The notes: generated by a model not told the origin, from the sequence alone. A stretch of 64,000 nucleotides of DNA from Methanomassiliicoccaceae archaeon (GCA_963728405.1 CAVSJV010000003.1:64001-128000), one strand, 5' to 3'; shown: positions 8,932-18,672, numbered from the stretch's first letter. Numbers and translations are program-made.

Positions 8932-10129
8932 GCATCCTTCCGAGAGCATCCGGAGCGCCAAGGGACGGCAGCTTGAGGGTAAGAACATCGTCCTGGGGAT
9001 GACCGGAAGCATCGCCGCGGTGGAGTCCTTCGAGCTGGTGCGGGAGCTCATCCGCCATGGTGCGGACGTCCAGGTGGTGATGACCGCCGAGGCGGCCAAG
9101 CTGATGACCCCCTACACCATGGAGTTCGCCAGCGGCCATCGGGTCATCACCGAGCTGACCGGGGCGACCGAGCACATCAGCCTGCTGGGCGACTATCCCG
9201 GAAGGGCGGACCTGTTGCTGGTATCGCCGTGCACGGCGAACACCATTTCCAAGATGGCCCTGGGCATCGACGATACGCCGGTCACGACCATGGCCACGGT
9301 GGCCATCGGGTCGAGGTTGCCGGTGCTGATCGCCCCCGCCATGCACCTGGCCATGTACGAGCACCCCGCGGTGCAGAGGAACGTCGAGGCGCTGAAGAAG
9401 ATGGGCGCGGCGTTCATCGGTCCGACGGTCCAAGGCAAGAAGGCCCGGGTCGCCACCGTCGATGAGATCGTAGAGCGGGTCATCGTCCAGTTCGCTGATG
9501 CCGACCTCAAGGGAAAGAAGGTGCTGATCATCGGCGGCTCCTCCGAAGAACCGATCGACCAAGTAAGGGTGATCACCAACAACGGTACGGGCGAAACGGC
9601 AGTCCAGATCGCTCAGGCCGCGTCCGAGCGGGGGGCCGACGTGGAGCTTTGGACCGGGCGCATGACGGTACCGGTGCCCTCCGGCCTGAAACGCCGGACC
9701 TTTCGACGGGTGGAGGACCTCTTCCTCATGCTTGAGTCGATCGACCACGACGCGGTAATTGTTCCAGCATCTCTCTCGGACTATGCACCAGTGGAGACCA
9801 AGGGGAAGATCCCTTCCGGACGGAAGGAGCTGGAGATCAAGCTGAAAGGCCTGCCCAAAGTGCTGCCAGCCCTTAGGAGGCGGACCAGGGTGCTGGTAGG
9901 GTTCAAGGCCGAGGTGGGGCTAGCAGAAAAGGAACTGCTCCGCCGGGCCAAGGTTCGCCTGGACGAATATCATCTGGATATCATCGTGGCCAACGACCTG
10001 AACAATGTGATGCCATCGCGCACCAAGGCCGTGCTCATCACATCCAAGGGCGAACAGGTCCCCTTTGAAGGGAGCAAAAGAGAGCTGGCCGACCAGGTCC
10101 TGGACGAAGTGTTGAAGGTCCTGGAATGA
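8927..10129 (+). CDS. coaBC: Bifunctional phosphopantothenoylcysteine decarboxylase/synthetase; TTG start supplied by the IS end
   Basis: LGMTGSIAAV, PCTANTISKMALGIDD, APAMH, EPIDQVRVITN, VGFKAE, IVANDL. Confidence 0.95.
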   Translation: MTHPSESIRSAKGRQLEGKNIVLGMTGSIAAVESFELVRELIRHGADVQVVMTAEAAKLMTPYTMEFASGHRVITELTGATEHISLLGDYPGRADLLLVSPCTANTISKMALGIDDTPVTTMATVAIGSRLPVLIAPAMHLAMYEHPAVQRNVEALKKMGAAFIGPTVQGKKARVATVDEIVERVIVQFADADLKGKKVLIIGGSSEEPIDQVRVITNNGTGETAVQIAQAASERGADVELWTGRMTVPVPSGLKRRTFRRVEDLFLMLESIDHDAVIVPASLSDYAPVETKGKIPSGRKELEIKLKGLPKVLPALRRRTRVLVGFKAEVGLAEKELLRRAKVRLDEYHLDIIVANDLNNVMPSRTKAVLITSKGEQVPFEGSKRELADQVLDEVLKVLE

Positions 10130-10995
10130 GAGCGATCGGGTTCTGTCCTGGCCACCTCACCGGATTCTTCTTTCCCTGCGAGCATGATGACCCCCTTCGC
10201 TCGGGCTCTCGCGGAGCAGGGCTGTGCGTGGACAAGGGCGCCACTAGCACTGTCACCGTTTTCGAAGGGCGGGGCGAGGTCGTCGTCACCATCAACGGCC
10301 GGGAAGCAGCGGCGCCGGTCACCCGTTCCACCGTGGCCTGGCTAATGGAGGGAAGGCCGTTCGACCTGACCATTGACACGGTAATGACCCTGCCGGTCAG
10401 CGCGGGGTTCGGTATGAGCGCCGCCGGTGCGTTGTCGGCCGCCTTCGCCCTGGCCGAGGCCTTGGAGCTGCCGCCGGAGAAGGCTTTCGAGGCGGCCCAC
10501 CGGGCCGAGCTTGGTCACCGGACGGGGCTGGGAGACGTGCCCGCCCTGACGAGAGGGGGCATGACCTTCCGCAAGAAAGAAGGCCTGCCGCCCTACGGGC
10601 AGGTGGACCGAATAACCGATCGGCTGGACATCATTGCCGCTGTAGTGGGTGAGGGCATGCACACCGCCAACGTTCTTGGGAACGAAGAACAGAGGTTCAG
10701 GATCGACCAGGCCGGAAGAGAATGCTACATGTCCTTATGCCGCGAACCGACCGTGGATAACTTCTTCCGACAGAGCCGCCAATTCACCGAAATGATCGGC
10801 ATCGCCACCCCCCGGATCATGAGGGCCCTGAGGGACGTGGACGCCTTCGGCCATGGATCGATGATCATGCTCGGCAACGCGGTCTTCGCCACCGGGGACG
10901 TGGACGCCATCGACCGGGCGTTACAGGCCTACGGCCCGACCTATCGGCTCTCCCTCGATACCAAGGGGCCGCGGGTCCTGGATGTCGAGTTCTGA
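10126..10995 (+). CDS. Pantoate kinase (GHMP family)
   Basis: FCPGHLTGFF, GSRGAG, PVSAGFGMSAAG, AHRAEL..TGLGDV; adjacent to coaBC. Confidence 0.9.
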   Translation: MRAIGFCPGHLTGFFFPCEHDDPLRSGSRGAGLCVDKGATSTVTVFEGRGEVVVTINGREAAAPVTRSTVAWLMEGRPFDLTIDTVMTLPVSAGFGMSAAGALSAAFALAEALELPPEKAFEAAHRAELGHRTGLGDVPALTRGGMTFRKKEGLPPYGQVDRITDRLDIIAAVVGEGMHTANVLGNEEQRFRIDQAGRECYMSLCREPTVDNFFRQSRQFTEMIGIATPRIMRALRDVDAFGHGSMIMLGNAVFATGDVDAIDRALQAYGPTYRLSLDTKGPRVLDVEF

Positions 10996-10998
10996 ACC

Positions 10999-11292
10999 TC
11001 ACTCGTATAAAGTGAAGAGCTTGTCGTCCCCGCCTACATCGAACAGGCCGATGCGGGCCCCACAATCCAGCCAGCCATGGGCATAGTTGACGCTGGCGAA
11101 CGCGTTGACGTAATCTCCTACCGAACGGAAATGAAGGGCGTCATTGTAATAGGAGGTGGCCATGTTGAGGAAGTCCTCGGCCATCCTCCGTCCGAACGAG
11201 CGCTCTGGCGCGGCTATCTTCAGTTTGTCCAGAGCGCGCTTCGTGATGTCGAGGTACTTGGCTAGCTTCTCGTCTGAGATGGTGTCCTTCAT
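10999..11292 (-). CDS. DUF357 family protein
   Basis: MATSYYNDALHF...DYVNAFASVNYAHGWLDCGARIG. Confidence 0.9.
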   Translation of the reverse strand: MKDTISDEKLAKYLDITKRALDKLKIAAPERSFGRRMAEDFLNMATSYYNDALHFRSVGDYVNAFASVNYAHGWLDCGARIGLFDVGGDDKLFTLYE

Positions 11293-11294
11293 CT

Positions 11295-12959
11295 TCAATC
11301 GTCGTCCTTGGTCGGGATGATCTCCACGCTCTCGCCGCCGTGGCGGCTCTCTCGGGGGCGTACTTCGACGAACAGCGGCATTTGGATGCTGCCACCGACC
11401 ACGAGCGCCACACCGATCGGGAGGCGCTGTATCTCGTCAGCCATTCCGGCCGTCAACCCTTCCACTGAGGAAGTGATGGCCTTCAGGTCGTTGGGGTTGG
11501 TGACCTTGAGGATCATCTGAGTATTGCACTGGCTAAGCACGTTCTTGTCGATCTTGGCCGCCCTTTGGCTGATGATGGTGAGGCCAAGCCCGAACTTGCG
11601 GCCCTCCGCGGCGATGGTCCGGAAGATCTTCGACGACGCGGCCAGGCCTTGCTGCGGGCAATAGTTATGCGCTTCCTCCACGATCAGCATCATCGGGGGG
11701 ATCTTGCCAAGCTTGCGCAGCTCGAACAGCGCGGTGCAGATGCGGTTGACGATCAGTGCGGCGATCTCCGGCTCGGTCCCCTTGAGATTGATGATGGTCA
11801 TCTTTCCCTTGATCACGAGATCGTCGATCCGAGTGCCGGCGGGAGCGAATATCTTGCTGTCCTCCAGGAACTGTAGCTCGTTGACCAGGGCGGCGCTGTT
11901 GCCCTCCTCATCGCTCTCCAGCACCCGGATGATATCCTTCAGAGCGTACTCTTTCTTGACGCTCTTGACCGCATCGATCGCCTTCCTCAACGAGGAGAGG
12001 TAGGCCTTGCCGTTCTTGATGCTCGTCAGCGAGAGAAGATCGTGCGCTTCGATGTTCGCTAGGGTGAATCGAAGCGGCTTGGCCTTTGGATTGACCGCGG
12101 TGTCGGTGGCGAACTCGACGATATGGTTCTCATAGCTCCTTGCGGTGACGTTGAAGTTGCGGTGGGAGGTTCCCACGTGACCCAGGTCCCTCATCGCCCC
12201 ATACTCGCCATGGGGGTCTAGGACCATGATGGTGACATCGTGCTTCATCAGCTCTTCGACCAGGTCACCGCACATGAACGACTTGCCGCCCCCGGTCTTG
12301 GCCAGGATGCTGACATGCTTCTGCACCATGGAGTTGATGTCCATCTCCACCCGGATATCGTGGCCGAACAGTAGGCCGAGGTAGGCACCGGTGGGAGTGT
12401 GTTCCTTGAGACCGATGACCTTCTTGATGATCTCGTCCTTGGCCTTGAACGCCGGCAGACCGGCCTTGAACGGGGTGCGGGGCATTTGGAGCAGTCCGCG
12501 CTCGTCGCGGTAGCCGACCACGTTCACGAACGCGGTCACCTTTTCGTGGATAAGGATGTCCTCGCCCTGGGAGATCATCTTGGCCCGGTCCAAGGACAGG
12601 TCGGTCTTGCGCTGCATATCCATGACCTGGCCGAGCACCCAACCGTCCACATCATGCTGGACCTGGATATACTCCATCTTCTCCACGTTGTTGATCACGC
12701 TGAGATTGAAACTGGAGGTGCCCACGTCACCATAGATGATCCCCACCGGGTCCATCTTCTCCGGAGGATGCTCGATCGGAGCGGGGGCGGCCTGGGGCGG
12801 GGCGACCGGTGGCGTCGGAGCGACGGATGGCTCCGGTGGTGGCGCTTGGGCTACGGTCGTGCTCTCAATAGAAGTGGTACTATCGATAATAGATGTAGTA
12901 CTGTCGTTCGGCTGATCTTCGGCCGTGGGCGGAATGGCCGCCTCGGTGTCCATGTGCAT
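11295..12959 (-). CDS. HerA-like ATPase (HAS barrel + DUF87) with Pro/Thr-rich N-terminus
   Basis: HVSILAKTGGGKS Walker A, LDPHGEY, IVEEAHNY, EGRKFGLG, SQRAAK; the longer ORF to 13550 is the antisense of prs. Confidence 0.85.
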   Translation of the reverse strand: MHMDTEAAIPPTAEDQPNDSTTSIIDSTTSIESTTVAQAPPPEPSVAPTPPVAPPQAAPAPIEHPPEKMDPVGIIYGDVGTSSFNLSVINNVEKMEYIQVQHDVDGWVLGQVMDMQRKTDLSLDRAKMISQGEDILIHEKVTAFVNVVGYRDERGLLQMPRTPFKAGLPAFKAKDEIIKKVIGLKEHTPTGAYLGLLFGHDIRVEMDINSMVQKHVSILAKTGGGKSFMCGDLVEELMKHDVTIMVLDPHGEYGAMRDLGHVGTSHRNFNVTARSYENHIVEFATDTAVNPKAKPLRFTLANIEAHDLLSLTSIKNGKAYLSSLRKAIDAVKSVKKEYALKDIIRVLESDEEGNSAALVNELQFLEDSKIFAPAGTRIDDLVIKGKMTIINLKGTEPEIAALIVNRICTALFELRKLGKIPPMMLIVEEAHNYCPQQGLAASSKIFRTIAAEGRKFGLGLTIISQRAAKIDKNVLSQCNTQMILKVTNPNDLKAITSSVEGLTAGMADEIQRLPIGVALVVGGSIQMPLFVEVRPRESRHGGESVEIIPTKDDD

Positions 12960-13082
12960 CCCGGCTAGGGTATCAGGGGGTGCCGATAAATAGATTTTCT
13001 CAATGGAGAGGCGACCCCGTACTGGCCCCAGGGGTGACGCGGGGCAAAGCATCTCCCGATATCCTTTATAACAAAGAGGCCA

Positions 13083-13943
13083 ATGACCCTGGCAATGATA
13101 GTCATCGGCGGCACTTCCTCCAAGATGCTGGCCCAAGACCTGGCCAAGGAGTTGGGATGTAGGTACATGCAACCACATGTCTCGCGCTTCCCCGACGGCG
13201 AATGCTACGTGCGCATCGAGGAGGAGAACATCGATGACGAGGTGATCATCGTCCAGAACTCCCATCCCGATCAAAACTTGACCGAGCTGTTGCTGTTGCA
13301 GGACGCAGCCATCGGGCTGGGGGCGCGGAAGGTCACTAGTGTGGTGCCGTACTTCGGCTACGCCAGGCAGGACGAGAGGTTCAAGAAGGGCGAGGCGCTG
13401 AGCGCCAAGGTCATGGTCCGCTTGATGGAGCTCAGCTCCAAGCGGTTCGTGACCGTTGACGTGCACAAGCCCATCATCCTGGACTGGTTCCGCGGGGACG
13501 CCTACGATGTCCATGCCGCCCCATCCATCGGTGAATTCTTCAAAGGCCACGGTGTGGACCTGGTGCTCGCCCCGGACGAGGGAGCATTACAGCGCGCTAA
13601 CGAGGTTGCCAGAGTCATAGGGGCGGATTGCGACAACCTGGAAAAGACCAGGCTGTCAGGAGAGGTCGTCAGGATGGCCCCCAAGAACGTGGACGCCAAG
13701 GACAGGAACGCCCTGATCGTCGACGACATCATCTCCACCGGCGGCACCATCGAGGCGGCCGCCAATCAGCTCAAGATCCTGGGGGCGAAGAGCGTGACGG
13801 CGGTATGCACTCACGGCCTGTTCGCCAAAGGGGCCCTGGACCGCCTGAGGAAATGCTGCAACGCGGTCTATTCGACCAACACCATCGAGAACGAGGTGTC
13901 GGTCATCTCGGTGGCCCCGCAGATCGCCAAGGCCCTCCGCTGA
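13083..13943 (+). CDS. prs: Ribose-phosphate pyrophosphokinase
   Basis: FPDGECYVRI, PYFGYARQD, APDEGA, IVDDIISTGGT. Confidence 0.97.
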   Translation: MTLAMIVIGGTSSKMLAQDLAKELGCRYMQPHVSRFPDGECYVRIEEENIDDEVIIVQNSHPDQNLTELLLLQDAAIGLGARKVTSVVPYFGYARQDERFKKGEALSAKVMVRLMELSSKRFVTVDVHKPIILDWFRGDAYDVHAAPSIGEFFKGHGVDLVLAPDEGALQRANEVARVIGADCDNLEKTRLSGEVVRMAPKNVDAKDRNALIVDDIISTGGTIEAAANQLKILGAKSVTAVCTHGLFAKGALDRLRKCCNAVYSTNTIENEVSVISVAPQIAKALR

Positions 13944-14008
13944 GCACAAAGTTCATTCGGCGTCGGAACATCTCCGCAGACGTTTACGATCCATGGCAGG
14001 TCATTAAA

Positions 14009-15412
14009 ATGAAGAAGGAAGAGAACTTCAGCGAGTGGTACAACGACCTGGTCGATCAGGCCGGTCTCACCGACAAGCGCTACCCCATCAAGGGAATGAA
14101 CGTCTGGCCTGCGTACGGCTGGAAGGTCATGCAATACATTGACACCTTCATCCGGCAGGAGCTCGACGCCACCAACCACGATGAGGTCTGCTTCCCCCTG
14201 CTCATACCCAAGACGGAGTTCCAGAAGGAGAAGGACCACATCAAGGGGTTCGACGCCGAGGTCTACTGGGTGACGCACGCCGGACTGAACGAGCTGGACA
14301 TCCCGCTCATCCTCCGCCCCACCTCGGAGACGGCCATGTATCCGATGTTCTCCATCTGGGTCCGCTCTCACTCGGACCTGCCACTGAAGGTTTACCAGCT
14401 GGTCAACACCTTCCGGTACGAGACCAAGCAGACCAGGGCGTTCATCCGGGTCAGGGAGATCCACTTCTTCGAATCGCACACCTGCCACGTGGACGAGGCC
14501 GATGCCCAGCGCCAGGTGGAAGAGGATTTCATCATCCTCGAGAACCTCATGCAGAAGCTGTGCCTCCCGTACCAGCTCCTCAAGAGGACGGAGTGGGACA
14601 AGTTCCCGGGGGCCTACTACACGGTTGGCATCGACACCGCCATGATGCGCGGTCGGAGCCTTCAGCTGGGCTCGATCCACCACTACCGGGAGAACTTCTC
14701 CAGGCCGTTCGACATCAAGTACGAGGACATCGACGGCAGCCCCAAGTTCGTGCACCAGACCACCTACGGCATGTCCGAGCGGTTGCTCGGCTCGGTCGTT
14801 GGCGTTCACGGCGATGATAAGGGGCTGGTCCTTCCACCCGCCATCGCCCCCTTCCAGGTGGTGATCGTTCCTATCCTGGCCAAGGGCAATCAGGAGGAAG
14901 TGACCGCTCAAGCAAGAGCACTGCGCGACGATCTCAAGGCTGCCGGGGTCCGGGTCGTCCTGGACGAGAGCGACGAGAGGCCCGGGGCCAAGTTCTTCAA
15001 GTGGGAGCTGAAGGGCGTACCGCTGCGCCTGGAGCTGGGGCCAAAGGACATTGAGAAGAAGGTGGTCGCGTTCGCTCGTCGCGACGACGGCAAGAAGGGC
15101 AGCTTCGAGCGCGTCAACGTCATCGACGGCGTCCGTGCCACCCTGGACCAGATCGCCAAGGACATGCGCCTGAAGGCTACACAGTTCATGGACCAGTCGA
15201 TCATCACCATCGACAGCCTCGAGTTCAAGGAAGTGCCCGAGAAGTGGCTCCGCTTCGGATGGTGCGGCGAGCAGGAGTGCGGTAAGAAGGTCGAGGAGCG
15301 CACCGAACTGAAGATACTCGGCACGCCGTACACCAAGGAAGAGTTCCACGGCAAGTGCATCGGCTGCGGCAAGGACACCGATACCGTGGTCTACGCCGCT
15401 AGGGCGATGTGA
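14009..15412 (+). CDS. proS: Proline--tRNA ligase (archaeal/eukaryotic type)
   Basis: FSEWYN, LRPTSETAMY, FRYETKQTRAFIRVREI, HQTTYGMSER, C-terminal zinc site. Confidence 0.97.
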   Translation: MKKEENFSEWYNDLVDQAGLTDKRYPIKGMNVWPAYGWKVMQYIDTFIRQELDATNHDEVCFPLLIPKTEFQKEKDHIKGFDAEVYWVTHAGLNELDIPLILRPTSETAMYPMFSIWVRSHSDLPLKVYQLVNTFRYETKQTRAFIRVREIHFFESHTCHVDEADAQRQVEEDFIILENLMQKLCLPYQLLKRTEWDKFPGAYYTVGIDTAMMRGRSLQLGSIHHYRENFSRPFDIKYEDIDGSPKFVHQTTYGMSERLLGSVVGVHGDDKGLVLPPAIAPFQVVIVPILAKGNQEEVTAQARALRDDLKAAGVRVVLDESDERPGAKFFKWELKGVPLRLELGPKDIEKKVVAFARRDDGKKGSFERVNVIDGVRATLDQIAKDMRLKATQFMDQSIITIDSLEFKEVPEKWLRFGWCGEQECGKKVEERTELKILGTPYTKEEFHGKCIGCGKDTDTVVYAARAM

Positions 15413-15799
15413 AACCCCTTCCAACTTTGCTTTTCAAAAAGCCGTGGCCTTATCGGCCCCGTGCTGGAAGCCCGACGTTGAGGTGGAGCGGAGCGATCGA
15501 TGCCGACCAGCCTTGTATCGATGGTGCTTCGCTCGATCTCGATACGCTCCCTGCTACCCATCACCACGAACGGGACCACTGACACGGTGAGAACGGTAGG
15601 GTAGACCACTTGACCGTGCTGTACCTCGGCAGGGTGTGACGTCCATCTTCCATCCATTTTCCTTGTTCAGAGGGCTGGAGCAAGGCTCGTAGATGACCAA
15701 GTCAAATAATGGAAAGCTCAAAACCCGATATCCTAATGAGAATTAAGAATAGGGCATAACCAACTGGTAGACAATGAACGAAAAGAAGACGTTTTCCTC

Positions 15800-16006
15800 T
15801 CATTCCTTCTGGCGGGTCAGGAGGATGCCCAGAACGCCGAAGAGAACCATGGGGACGACTAGGGCATAGATGGGGATGAATTTGGCCGAGAAGAAGTTCC
15901 AGCTCCCATAGGTGATGCCCCATCCCACGTAAAGGGCCACGCCTCCGATGATCAGGAGAATGGAAAGCCCCATGATGGCCTTATTAGGGAAGTTGGACTC
16001 TGCCAT
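15800..16006 (-). CDS. Small two-TM membrane protein
   Basis: 68 aa with two clean hydrophobic helices; AT-rich box upstream. Confidence 0.7.
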   Translation of the reverse strand: MAESNFPNKAIMGLSILLIIGGVALYVGWGITYGSWNFFSAKFIPIYALVVPMVLFGVLGILLTRQKE

Positions 16007-16257
16007 AACTGCGGCCAATGGTGTAACTGTATAAAATCCTTTTCTACAGGGGGGTATAGGATGTGGGATTTTGGGCACAATTTAGGATGACTCGAACCGA
16101 CCCTACACAACAGCGCTGGGTGGTCATGATTTTATAAACGATCCAAGTCAATGATCCCGCTCTAATTACCTCATCGATTCCAGAGTGCCTGATGCGATCT
16201 CCTAAGATTTGGGTTGCTCCAGTTCCTCCCAGGCGACCACAGCGGAATGCTGACCCA

Positions 16258-16560
16258 TCAATGCTCAGGCAGTAGATGGCTTGCATTGGCTTCCTGCGCC
16301 TTCAGGCGCTTCCCTTTGTTGTACCAAATGGCCAACAGATTGCTCAAGACGAAGATGCTGAGGACCAGGAGGGGATAGTATGGCAGGTCCAGGTCATGCC
16401 GGCCGATCGCTATGGCGATCCACCCCATCAGCACCCAGTGGACGATGTAGATGTCCGTGACGTTCCTGCTCCAGCGGTTGATCGTCCTTCCGGCGACCTT
16501 AGGAAGCACCTTTGTGGCATAGAACAGGGCGCACATCCAGAATACCGCGAACGAGAGCTC
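16258..16560 (-). pseudogene. C-terminal fragment of a DUF418/DUF1624-like membrane acyltransferase
   Basis: WSRNVTDIYIVHWVLMGW motif with no intact N-terminal part. Confidence 0.5.
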
Positions 16561-16738
16561 CGGTTACAGGAGCTGGGCGGCCACCGCCCCTTGATGGAGC
16601 GCGCCAATAGGATGACCGTCACGACTTCTTTTCTCCAGGATGGTAAACCAGATGAGGACCATTGGGTCCGCCCAGCCATCCAAGCTCGGATGAACGGTAG
16701 ATAGTAAACCTTTTCACCAACTCCCATAATGTAGCGTC

Positions 16739-17500
16739 ATGCTCTCCGAGGGCGACCCCATCTACCTGCTCGACGATAAGGACCGCCGTTTCTGGCTGCA
16801 GCTGCAGAAGGACATGGTCCGGGTGCAGGGCCTGGGGGTCATCGACGGCAACAAGATCGTTGGTCGCGAGGACGGCACGCTCATCAAGCTGGCGGGGAAG
16901 GATTTCTACGTCTTCCGTGCCACCATCATGGAGCTCATGGAATCGCTGGAGCGTGGTCCGCAGATCATCACCCCCAAGGACGCAGCGACCATCGTCTTCC
17001 GCCTCGGGTTGAGGGCCGGGGACACCGTGCTCGAAGCGGGGGTCGGGTCCGGAGCACTGACCATGGCCCTCCTGAACTCGGTCTTGCCATCAGGAAAGGT
17101 CATCTCCGTCGAGGTCCGGGAGGAGTACGCCGCCCGGGCCCGACGGAACATCGACAGGGCCGGCATGGGGGCCTACTGGGACCTCCGTATCGGGGATGTC
17201 AAGACCATCGACGTGGGAACGGCTGTGGACGCGGTATCCCTGGACATGCCGGACCCCTGGCAGGCGCTGGACAACGTTGACCGGTGCCTCCGCCCGGGAG
17301 GCCGCATCTCCATCTACGTGCCCAACATGAACCAGGTCTCCGAGGCCGTCACCGGCCTGAGAGAGCACGGCTACCAGCAGATCGATGCCCTGGAGAACAT
17401 CCAAAGGCGGATCGAGGTGCATCCCGGAGGGGTCCGCCCGTCCTACGATACCCTCGGCCATACCGGCTACATGGTGTTCGGAAGAAGAGCGGCTCCCTAA
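16739..17500 (+). CDS. trmI: tRNA (adenine-N1)-methyltransferase
   Basis: RGPQIITPKD, LEAGVGSGALT, LDMPDPW, HTGY. Confidence 0.92.
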   Translation: MLSEGDPIYLLDDKDRRFWLQLQKDMVRVQGLGVIDGNKIVGREDGTLIKLAGKDFYVFRATIMELMESLERGPQIITPKDAATIVFRLGLRAGDTVLEAGVGSGALTMALLNSVLPSGKVISVEVREEYAARARRNIDRAGMGAYWDLRIGDVKTIDVGTAVDAVSLDMPDPWQALDNVDRCLRPGGRISIYVPNMNQVSEAVTGLREHGYQQIDALENIQRRIEVHPGGVRPSYDTLGHTGYMVFGRRAAP

Positions 17501-17591
17501 TCGAAAGGGGTTGGAGTCCCTGCCGGAGCCCATCGGCCTCCGGCGGGGGAGGGGGTTTTCAACGAGAACGGTCGTGCGGAGATCGCTCCGC

Positions 17592-18470
17592 TCAGAGCTT
17601 TCCGCTCATCAGGTCATTCTTCCGGGCCTGGAACTCGGCCTCGCTGATCTGGCCGCTGTCCTTCATCGATTGCAACTTCTTCATCTCGCTGTCCATGGAT
17701 TTGCTGACGTCCTTTCCTCCCACGCCCGGCATCTTTTCCTTCGCGGCCGCGGCGGTCGCTCCGGCCCCTCCGGCCACGGCGGCGCCCGCGCCAGCCACCT
17801 TCTCCGAGCCGGGGACCTTCTCGGCGGCCTGGGTGGCCGTTTCCTTCATCGTACCGGTCGTTTCCTTCATGGTGCCCATCGGCTCTTTGGCCGCCGCCAC
17901 CGTCTTCTCCTTGGTCGAGGCGGCCGCGGCTCCGACCCCTGCCCCCGCTGCAGCGGTCCCTGCGGCCACCTTGGTGCCAGTGCTCATGCCCGCGCTCGTT
18001 CCGGTCGTCCGCTCCGTCTCCATTTTGGTCGCGGCGGGCTTGGTCGCTTCCATCCCCGGCATCAGCACGGTATCGATGGCATGGATCACCCCATTGCGGA
18101 CCGCGATGTCCGCCTGGACGACCTTGGCCCCGTTGACGGTCATGCCCTCACAGGTGTCAACGTTTAGTTCTCTCCCATCCAGGGCCCGATACGAATGCGT
18201 GCTGATAGCGTCCTTGGCAGTGACCTTTCCAGAGACCACGTGGTGCTGAAGAACTGTCCTGAGCATCGCCCGATCGCTCATCAATTGCTCCACGGTCCCT
18301 TTGGGCAGCTTCCTGAAGGCCTCATCGGTGGGGGCGAACAGGGTCAGAGGTCCGGGGGCGTCCAGTGCATCCACGAGGTCTGCGGTCTTCACCGCCGACA
18401 CCAGGGTGTTGAAGTTACCCGATTCGTTCGCCGCTTCTACCATCTTCCGTTCTCGGTGGAATAGCTTCAT
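17592..18470 (-). CDS. Fasciclin-domain protein with low-complexity linker and C-terminal SHOCT-like domain
   Basis: TLFAPTDEAF and NGVIHAIDTVLMP; tail KKLQSMKDSGQISEAEFQARKNDLM. Confidence 0.88.
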   Translation of the reverse strand: MKLFHRERKMVEAANESGNFNTLVSAVKTADLVDALDAPGPLTLFAPTDEAFRKLPKGTVEQLMSDRAMLRTVLQHHVVSGKVTAKDAISTHSYRALDGRELNVDTCEGMTVNGAKVVQADIAVRNGVIHAIDTVLMPGMEATKPAATKMETERTTGTSAGMSTGTKVAAGTAAAGAGVGAAAASTKEKTVAAAKEPMGTMKETTGTMKETATQAAEKVPGSEKVAGAGAAVAGGAGATAAAAKEKMPGVGGKDVSKSMDSEMKKLQSMKDSGQISEAEFQARKNDLMSGKL

Positions 18471-18672
18471 GGTGCTTCCTCACGTCCAAAGGTCAACGGA
18501 CCAATATTTAAAAATATCCACGAAAATAAAAATACCTAGGAATTGATTTAGGTCCCGGAAAAAATACTACTTGGATGATCGGCTGGTGGTGATTGCCCCA
18601 TGCCGCCAGTCAACACCGTTCGACGACAAAGGTCGCGGTCAAACTAAATAGGCGCGTTCGGTTGACCATACG

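Noticed and set aside
12960-13550. 751-aa version of the HerA ORF
   Set aside because: The extension is the antisense of prs; the real gene most likely starts at 12959 or 12953
13628-14008. N-terminal extension of ProS
   Set aside because: It overlaps prs in another frame; the family sequence begins at MKKEENFSEWY
13868-15424. Long antisense ORFs (518 aa here; also 37171-38340, 57491-58654 and 8906-9748)
   Set aside because: Shadow ORFs of well-supported genes in GC-rich DNA
17581-17593. 13-bp inverted match to 15487-15499 (GAGCGGAGCGATC)
   Set aside because: Too short, and the enclosed DNA (trmI) shows no sign of mobility
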